Assembly: GCA_947245515.1 (NCBI GenBank)
Contig: CAMXQV010000004.1
Span: 1,167 to 65,166, forward strand
Length of the DNA: 64,000 bases
Direction: 5' to 3'
From: an uncultured Clostridium sp.
GTDB taxonomy: Bacteria > Bacillota > Clostridia > TANB77 > CAG-508
This document shows, in pieces, positions 57,731 through 64,000 of the stretch; position 1 is the stretch's first letter, and each line of letters begins with the position of its first letter. Made by a program: the position numbers and the translations under genes. Below the pieces are notes generated by a model. It was not told where the DNA came from. It did not search any database and saw nothing but the letters and a program-made list of their open reading frames with translations.

Positions 57731-57870
57731 TAATTATTTATTATATTGTAAGAAGTAAGAAATTAAGCCTTTTAGAAAGTTATGGAAAAGGTGAAAAAAT
57801 AATTGAAAAAAATCTATTATATGTTATAATTAATTTGATAAAAAATATACTGAAAGGAAGAAGAAATAAA

Positions 57871-58014
57871 ATGGACGAAAAAGAAGTAAAGGAAAAAACA
57901 AATAAAAAACATCATGGAAAAGATCAAATATTTGTAAAAATAATGGCTGGATTCTTAGCTTTATTAATGGTATTAGCAACAGGAGGAACACTAATATTTG
58001 CATTAATGGCATAA
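57871..58014 (+). CDS. 47-aa single-TM peptide upstream of cdaA (below the ORF-track cutoff)
   Basis: MDEKEVKEKTNKKHHGKDQIFVKIMAGFLALLMVLATGGTLIFALMA. An AAAGGAAG RBS lies upstream. It ends 12 nt before cdaA. Confidence 0.45.
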   Translation: MDEKEVKEKTNKKHHGKDQIFVKIMAGFLALLMVLATGGTLIFALMA

Positions 58015-58026
58015 AAGGAGAAAAAT

Positions 58027-58971
58027 ATGGTAATAAATTTAGGTATGAATTGGGAGAATTTTTTCAAAGATAACATACTAGGATATATAAAAACCTTACA
58101 AACAAATCCCTTTGAATTAGTTACTCTAATATTAGACTTAACAATAGTAATATTTTTAGTATACTGTTTTTTTAAAGTTGTTAGAGGATCAAGAGCGTGG
58201 CAACTAATAAAAGGAATAGCACTACTAATAATTGCAACTTGGATAAGTGGATTATTTAATTTAAGAATATTAAATTGGATATTAACTGGAATAATGAACC
58301 TAGGAGTAATAGCAATAATAGTAATATTCCAACCAGAACTAAGAAGAGGATTAGAACAATTAGGGACAAATAAATTAACTAAATTTTTTGGCATAGACAA
58401 AGATTTAGCTACAAAAACAAAAGAAGACATATATAAAATAGTAATTGCGGCAACAGAATTATCAAAAACAAAAACTGGAGCTTTAATAGTAATAGAAAGA
58501 GACATACAAATTCAAGACATAATAGCAACAGGAATACCGATGAATGCAGATGTTTCACCACAATTACTAGTAAATATATTTGAACCCAAAACCCCTTTAC
58601 ATGATGGAGCAGTTATAATATCTGGCAACAAAATAGCATCAGCAGCATGTGTTTTACCCTTAGCAGATGACAAAGATATTGCAAGAGAATTAGGAACTAG
58701 ACATAGAGCAGCAATAGGTATATCTAAAGAATCAGATAGTATAGTAATTATAGTATCAGAAGAAACTGGAAAAATATCAGTAGCTAAAGATGGTACTCTA
58801 ATTGCAGATTTAAGAGAAGATGTACTTAAAAAAATACTAATTAGTAATGTAGTTACAAAGAGATTTACAATAGAAAAAAAAGAACGAAAAGATACGTTAA
58901 AAAAGATTAAAGAAAAACGAAAAGAAACAACACAAGAAATTAAAGAAGAAAATAATGAAGTAAAAAAGTAA
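58027..58971 (+). CDS. cdaA: Diadenylate cyclase CdaA (three TM helices plus a DAC domain) with a Lys-rich C-terminal tail
   Basis: GALIVIERD...PLHDGAVIISGNKIASAACVLPL...LGTRHRAAIGISKESDSIVIIVSEETGKISVA. Confidence 0.9.
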   Translation: MVINLGMNWENFFKDNILGYIKTLQTNPFELVTLILDLTIVIFLVYCFFKVVRGSRAWQLIKGIALLIIATWISGLFNLRILNWILTGIMNLGVIAIIVIFQPELRRGLEQLGTNKLTKFFGIDKDLATKTKEDIYKIVIAATELSKTKTGALIVIERDIQIQDIIATGIPMNADVSPQLLVNIFEPKTPLHDGAVIISGNKIASAACVLPLADDKDIARELGTRHRAAIGISKESDSIVIIVSEETGKISVAKDGTLIADLREDVLKKILISNVVTKRFTIEKKERKDTLKKIKEKRKETTQEIKEENNEVKK

Positions 58972-58996
58972 AAAGTCGCTTAAGTGCGACTTTTAT
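58971..58996 (+). terminator. Rho-independent terminator of cdaA
   Basis: AAAAGTCGC-TTAAGT-GCGACTTTT. Confidence 0.6.
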
Positions 58997-59147
58997 ATTA
59001 TAATAGGAAACTCATGCTGACTTTCCATTATATGAAATACCTTTTACACAAATTTATCTTTTAAATTTGTTCTTAATAAGGGAAAAAATTGAAAAATAAT
59101 TGTAATTTGGTATTGTTAAATGCATTGAGGAAGGAATAAGATTAAGG

Positions 59148-59888
59148 ATGAGAAATATAAAATTAATTATAGAATATGATGGTAAAGATTTTAATGGATG
59201 GCAAAAGCAAAAAGATAAGCTTAATATTCAAGGAACAATAGAAAAAGCAATAGAGCAAATAACGGGAGAAGAAATAGAATTAATGGCTTCAGGAAGAACA
59301 GATAGAGGTGTACATGCAATAGGACAAGTTGCAAATTTTAAAACAAATTCTAAAATTCCAATAGAAAAATTTCCAATTGCAATAAATACAAATTTGAAAA
59401 AATCTATAATAATAAAATCAGCTGAAGAAGTAGACGAGAGATTTCATAGTAGATTAAATTGCAAAAAGAAAACCTATAGATATGTGATAAATAATTCAGA
59501 ATATGGAACTGCTATATATAGGAATTTAGAAACACATATTCCTAAGAAATTAAATATTAAGAAAATGCAAGAAGCAATAAAATATTTTGAAGGAGAGCAT
59601 GACTTTAAAGCTTTTAGAGCTAGTGGTACAAGTAGCAAAAGCAGTATAAGAACAATTTATAAAGCAGAAGTAATGCAAATGCCAGATAATAAAATTTGGA
59701 TACAATTAACAGGGAATGGTTTTTTATATAATATGGTAAGAATAATTGCTGGAACAATAGTAGATGTAGGACTTGAAAAAATATTACCAGAAGATATAGA
59801 AAAAATAATAAAGTCAAAAAATAGAGAAGAAGCGGGAAAAACCTTACCACCTCAGGGACTATATTTGGTAAGTGTAAAATATGATTAG
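59148..59888 (+). CDS. truA: tRNA pseudouridine(38-40) synthase
   Basis: IEYDGKDFNGWQKQ...ASGRTDRGVHAIGQVANF...FLYNMVRIIAGT. Confidence 0.9.
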   Translation: MRNIKLIIEYDGKDFNGWQKQKDKLNIQGTIEKAIEQITGEEIELMASGRTDRGVHAIGQVANFKTNSKIPIEKFPIAINTNLKKSIIIKSAEEVDERFHSRLNCKKKTYRYVINNSEYGTAIYRNLETHIPKKLNIKKMQEAIKYFEGEHDFKAFRASGTSSKSSIRTIYKAEVMQMPDNKIWIQLTGNGFLYNMVRIIAGTIVDVGLEKILPEDIEKIIKSKNREEAGKTLPPQGLYLVSVKYD

Positions 59889-60048
59889 AAATTACTAAAT
59901 AACGTTATAGTCTATTTTGCAAGTAACAATTAAATATGTAAAGCATAAAATATAATAAAATTGATAAAGGAAAACTAAGTTTGAAGAATATCCAGTATTC
60001 AGAAGGATTAATCGAATTTTGTGCCTTGGAAAGGAAGGGTTTGTAAAT

Positions 60049-60621
60049 ATGAATACTTTACTTATATTTTTTGCTCTACCAATAGCAACAATTATTATTT
60101 CTATTGCTTTACAGAAAATATTAAAATGTCCACCATTAGTGGCAGGAATTATATTTGCAATTTTTTTGATTGTTACATTTATAGTAAATAATTTGAACTT
60201 CTTGATTGCAACAATTATATACACAATCATAAGTTTTATTACTGCAATATTAGTTTGTGTATTTTGTAAGCTTTTAAAGAGGTTTGGAAGTTTAGATTGT
60301 TCTAGTTGTAGAATTTGTGATAATAACCAAGAATCACAAGCTTTTAATGATACAATTACTATTGATAGTGCATTTCGAAATAATGATAATAATGGTGTAT
60401 TAACTTTAAATGCTTTCTCAAATGGAAATGGTAATTGCAGTTGTTCTAATAATAATGATAGTTGTAATTGTAATTGCTCTAATAACAATAATAATTGTTG
60501 TGGTAATAGTAATAATAATTGTAGTTCTAATAATTTATTAAATGCTAGAATAAATGTAATACCTAATCAAAATACAAATGGTAGAACAGGTTGTTTATGT
60601 GGAAATTATAGAAGGAGATAA
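60049..60621 (+). CDS. Small polytopic membrane protein (possibly DUF2651-like) with a Cys/Asn-rich C-terminal tail
   Basis: MNTLLIFFALPIATIIISIALQKIL..., then CSSCRICDNN...NGNGNCSCSNNNDSCNCNCSNNNNNCCGNSNNNCSSNN...GCLCGNY. The ATG at 60049 follows GGAAGG. Confidence 0.55.
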   Translation: MNTLLIFFALPIATIIISIALQKILKCPPLVAGIIFAIFLIVTFIVNNLNFLIATIIYTIISFITAILVCVFCKLLKRFGSLDCSSCRICDNNQESQAFNDTITIDSAFRNNDNNGVLTLNAFSNGNGNCSCSNNNDSCNCNCSNNNNNCCGNSNNNCSSNNLLNARINVIPNQNTNGRTGCLCGNYRRR

Positions 60622-60854
60622 AATACATACTAATTAAGAATAATAAAAATATAGCTGAACTATACCCGAAAATAGGATGCTTTCCAGCTATATTTTAATT
60701 ATTTCTAAAGCTATTTCGGTCACTTTCAAAATCTCTTAAATATTGTTAGAGTAGTCTTGATATATATAATTTATTCTAATTTTAAGCAGTAATATAATTG
60801 AAAAAAGTAAAATAATATGTTATTATATAATAACTAACTCGAAAGGAAAAAGAA

Positions 60855-61709
60855 ATGTTAGAAATTATAGAAGAAACTTTAATAGATTCAATAAAACTAA
60901 TACCATTTTTATTTATAACATATTTAATTATGGAATATATTGAACATAAAACAAGTGAGCATTCAAAAGAAACGATAAAAAAATCGGGAAGATTTGGTCC
61001 ACTAATAGGAAGTTTGCTAGGAATATTTCCACAATGTGGTTTTTCTGTATCTGCAACAAACCTATATGCTGCAAGGGTAATAACTTTAGGAACTTTAATT
61101 TCTGTATATTTATCAACATCAGATGAAATGTTACCTATTTTTATATCAGAATCAGTTCCAATTGAAATAATACTAAAAATTTTACTAATTAAATTCATAG
61201 TAGGATTTATAGCAGGTTTTATAATAGATTTCATATTAAGAAAAGTCAAAAAGAATAAAACTGAAGAAGAAAAAATTATGGATTTATGTGAAAAGGAACA
61301 TTGTCATTGCAAAGATAGCATTATAAAATCAGCATTAAAGCATACTTTACATATTTTTATATTTATTATAATAATTTCGTTAATAATTAATATTTTAATT
61401 TATTTTATAGGAGAAGATACTATAAGAGGAGCTTTACAGAATAAGCCTGTAATTGGTCCAATTATATCTGGATTAATAGGACTTATCCCTAATTGTGCAG
61501 CTTCAGTAATTATTACACAAATGTATTTAGAAAAAGTTATAACTTTTTCAACTTTAATTTCTGGTCTTTTAGTTGGAGCAGGGGTGGGACTAGCAGTATT
61601 GTTTAAAACTAATAAAGGAATTAAAGAAAATGTAAAAGTTACTTTATTGTTATATTTTATTGGAGTAACAATAGGAATAATAATGGAAATGTTTAAAATT
61701 ATAATATAA
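60855..61709 (+). CDS. Putative 10-TM metal (Mn/heavy-metal) transporter, ArsP_2-like family
   Basis: EETLIDSIKLIPFLFITYLIMEYIEH...GIFPQCGFSVSATNLY...LSTSDEMLPI is repeated in the second half (GLIPNCAASVIITQMY). The family is recalled and was not verified. Confidence 0.6.
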   Translation: MLEIIEETLIDSIKLIPFLFITYLIMEYIEHKTSEHSKETIKKSGRFGPLIGSLLGIFPQCGFSVSATNLYAARVITLGTLISVYLSTSDEMLPIFISESVPIEIILKILLIKFIVGFIAGFIIDFILRKVKKNKTEEEKIMDLCEKEHCHCKDSIIKSALKHTLHIFIFIIIISLIINILIYFIGEDTIRGALQNKPVIGPIISGLIGLIPNCAASVIITQMYLEKVITFSTLISGLLVGAGVGLAVLFKTNKGIKENVKVTLLLYFIGVTIGIIMEMFKIII

Positions 61710-61877
61710 TGATTTTTTAAAAGATGAAAATAAAAAGAAAATCCTTTAGTGTAAGAGTAATTATACCAATAACTCTCAATAAAGGATTTGTTTTATATTC
61801 TAGGAAAGTTATCATGGAATGATAACTTTCTGCAAGAATACATTGTACACAAATTTATTTAATAAATTTGTTCTATT

Positions 61878-64000
61878 TTAATCTTTCTTTTTTAAATCTA
61901 TAACAATAGCATCTTCGTTATCAAATAAATATTTAGAATCAGTTATATCTGTTTGAATTGGATTATATTCATCCTTTTCATCTTTAAAATTTACATTTTT
62001 AAAATCAAATTTTTCTTTTTTAAATTTAGATAATAAATCACTATTATCTTCAGTTGATGTAGTAACTCCATCAGAGTATTTTCCAAAATCGAAACTTTTT
62101 AATTTATGGAATTCTTTATATTTTGATTCTAAGTAATTTAATTTAGATTGACCAACCATAGGTTTACCATTACTTCCACGAATTTTATAGGCACAGTCTT
62201 TGGCACTAAAGGTTTGCATTTTCCCAGGTTTAAAATATTTTACATATTCCCATTTTACACTTCCCCATTTCTTATCATATTCTAATTTTTCCATATCCAT
62301 ACTATTAGAATATGTCCATTCTCTTCTAGTACCAAATTCATCAGACCACCATTCTAGTTCTTCAATAGATCCTCCACCTGTAAATATTTTATTTGCACAG
62401 TTAGATAAGATTACAGTTTTATAATTTTCTTTCAAATCAGCAGGTTCCAATTGTGAAAGTGTTTGTGATGAAATTGTAGTTGCAATTTTGTATTTTCTAT
62501 ACATTGTAAAAATTGCTTCTGTTTCTTTGCATATGAAGTCTGGAAATTCATCAAGATAAAAGAAGTGAGGGAGTCTCGAATTTTCAGATCCAGGTCTCCT
62601 AAATACAGCATTTTGCATTGAAATTAAGAAAAATAATCCAAAGGCTTTATGTGCAGAAGCACCTAAATCGCCACGTCTAGTACAGATGAAAGTTATTTCT
62701 CCATTTGCAAGCATTTTGTCAAAATCTAAATTTTCGTGTCTATTACATAATACATTTTTTACTCCAGGAATTCTAAGTAAATTGTCTAATTGAGTAACAG
62801 TTAAAAATAAATATTTTTCAATATTACTTTTTCCAGGGGCGTTATGATAAAAGTTCTTTTTAAAATATGTAAGTTGTATTGCATATTTTTCTTTTAATTC
62901 TTCATCTTGTGCCATAATTTCACACATTTTTTCAATCAAATCGAAATTATTAAACATTTTTAACATGTCTTCCATATTAGGTAATAAACCATCATTCATT
63001 TTTGGATACATTTCTTTTAAAAGCATTGCTAAATTTTCAATAGCTTGAATTGTCATATCATCTCTATAAGCTTCTCCGATATCATCATGTGTTATACGAT
63101 ACATTGCTTTTAAGGCAGAAGATATGGTAACAGCAATTTTAGAAGGATCATCATATATAAAAGGATTAAGTCCAATAGATTGAGAATTAGTTGGATCAAT
63201 TATGTTATAATTAAAACTAAAATTGCTACATACATCCATCATGTGGTTTAGTACTTCTGAATCAGGAGACATTAGTGTTAAACCAAGGTCTTTATAAATT
63301 GTTTCATTTCCTAAAGTACCTAAGGTTAATTTCTTCAAGTAGGCTTTAAAGATTTGTTCTTTTCCAGTAGCAGGTGATATCATATTTAATGAAAAATTAT
63401 AATTCATATATTCATTATCATAAGGTGCATTTATATATGCAATTTTTGTTTTTAAGGCTGTAAATCCTAGTTCTTTTGCAGATTCTCTAAAGAAAAACTT
63501 TTTTTCTAAGTCACGTGCTATAAGTGGCTCGAAAACAAGCGAAGTTTTTCCAGTTCCAGATCCTCCACATACAAAGGTTGATTGATATCTTGAAGTTTCA
63601 GGAAAAGATATACTTTTTCCTGTTTCTAAATCCTGACCAAAATATAATTCACAAGTATATGGACCTAAACCATCCTTTGTGGTAGATAGGTCAATTCCAC
63701 CATAATCCCAAATAGAACGTGTTCTATCTTTACTATCGTTAATGTCAAAATATAACCAGTTAAATAATGGATATATTGTAGTTAAAGGCAAATATAAGGA
63801 AATACTTGTAAAGGCACGTGTAACCAAATCTGAAAAGTCTGTAATTAGTTCTGTATAATTTGGTACAGAAAATAGTAATAACCAGGCTCCTCTATTTAGC
63901 CATTGAGTAAACATAGAAATTGCTATTATATATAAACCTATTGCATATAAATAAAATAGAGTAACTTTTTGCTTTTTTGATGTTGAAAATTTTGAAGGTC
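61878..64000 (-). CDS. Type IV secretion coupling protein (TraG/TraD/VirD4-like), N-terminus beyond the window
   Basis: Walker A is VCGGSGTGKTS and Walker B-like is HFFYLDEFPDF. The frame stays open upstream of the track Met through 64000 (…KVTLFYLYAIGLYIIAIS, a TM helix), so the CDS is 5'-partial. Confidence 0.65.
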   Translation of the reverse strand, partial: PSKFSTSKKQKVTLFYLYAIGLYIIAISMFTQWLNRGAWLLLFSVPNYTELITDFSDLVTRAFTSISLYLPLTTIYPLFNWLYFDINDSKDRTRSIWDYGGIDLSTTKDGLGPYTCELYFGQDLETGKSISFPETSRYQSTFVCGGSGTGKTSLVFEPLIARDLEKKFFFRESAKELGFTALKTKIAYINAPYDNEYMNYNFSLNMISPATGKEQIFKAYLKKLTLGTLGNETIYKDLGLTLMSPDSEVLNHMMDVCSNFSFNYNIIDPTNSQSIGLNPFIYDDPSKIAVTISSALKAMYRITHDDIGEAYRDDMTIQAIENLAMLLKEMYPKMNDGLLPNMEDMLKMFNNFDLIEKMCEIMAQDEELKEKYAIQLTYFKKNFYHNAPGKSNIEKYLFLTVTQLDNLLRIPGVKNVLCNRHENLDFDKMLANGEITFICTRRGDLGASAHKAFGLFFLISMQNAVFRRPGSENSRLPHFFYLDEFPDFICKETEAIFTMYRKYKIATTISSQTLSQLEPADLKENYKTVILSNCANKIFTGGGSIEELEWWSDEFGTRREWTYSNSMDMEKLEYDKKWGSVKWEYVKYFKPGKMQTFSAKDCAYKIRGSNGKPMVGQSKLNYLESKYKEFHKLKSFDFGKYSDGVTTSTEDNSDLLSKFKKEKFDFKNVNFKDEKDEYNPIQTDITDSKYLFDNEDAIVIDLKKKD

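Noticed and set aside
57924-58505. 193-aa minus-strand ORF overlapping cdaA
   Set aside because: It is antisense to cdaA, whose DAC-domain motifs are unambiguous.
59895-60488. 197-aa minus-strand ORF with LEQLQLQL repeats
   Set aside because: It is the reverse complement of the Asn/Cys-rich tail and TM region of the 60049 gene. The plus-strand reading has an RBS and coherent TM helices.
60400-60545. Repetitive AAT/TGT/AGT DNA, considered as a short tandem repeat or CRISPR-like array
   Set aside because: There is no regular repeat-spacer periodicity. It is in frame with the upstream TM protein and encodes an N/C-rich tail.
60782-61249. 155-aa minus-strand ORF overlapping the start of the transporter gene
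   Set aside because: It is antisense to an internally duplicated 10-TM protein and runs through its promoter and RBS region.

Overview
This is a very AT-rich Firmicutes (Clostridia-like, spore-former) chromosomal segment. All calls come from reading the sequence and ORF track, with family assignments from memory; no database search or folding program was run.

**Left end (~0.2-10.7 kb): mobile element.**
- It carries a RepL replicon, a MobV relaxase with a pMV158-like oriT hairpin, and a heterodimeric ABC exporter with one degenerate ATP site.
- It also carries a DUF6076-like zinc-ribbon protein, a frameshifted PIN toxin with a small partner, and a large serine recombinase at the extreme right end.
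- The recombinase gene runs directly into the 3' two-thirds of spoIIID. The mother-cell regulator gene therefore appears to be split by the element, in a skin/SPbeta-like architecture.

**Sporulation cluster:** yabG, veg, a SipL-like DUF3794/LysM protein, and yunB.

**Accessory islet (17.6-22.5 kb):**
- It holds a single 1363-aa protein with an N-terminal SMEK-like domain, a P-loop STAND-type NTPase and a long helical C-terminus. This is a candidate single-gene defence system.
- It is flanked on one side by a truncated copy of a large structured repeat and on the other by a decayed small ORF.

**Core genes in the remainder:**
- Ribosome, replication and chromosome: rpsI/rplM, scpB, holB, ricT.
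- RNA and nucleotide metabolism: an INS-less ProRS, a small alarmone synthetase, RNase J, rnhB, pdp, truA.
- Envelope and secretion: an SH3b-NlpC/P60 hydrolase, lepB, pgsA, HtrA.
- Redox: ferredoxin, a four-subunit 2-oxoacid:ferredoxin oxidoreductase, and a flavodiiron protein with rubredoxin.
- Other: a doubly frameshifted comEC, a Clp ATPase and cdaA.
- A second conjugative-element gene (type IV coupling protein) runs off the right edge.

**Non-coding observations:**
- A ~450-bp near-perfect palindrome lies upstream of scpB.
- A ~380-bp palindromic element at 54.6-55.0 kb has a second, truncated copy at 17.6 kb.
- There is a 54-bp hairpin repeat in two copies, a ~35-nt hairpin motif in three copies, and an orphan promoter-terminator unit that may be an sRNA.

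No rRNA, tRNA or CRISPR array was seen. Several genes carry frameshifts, which could reflect real decay or assembly error.
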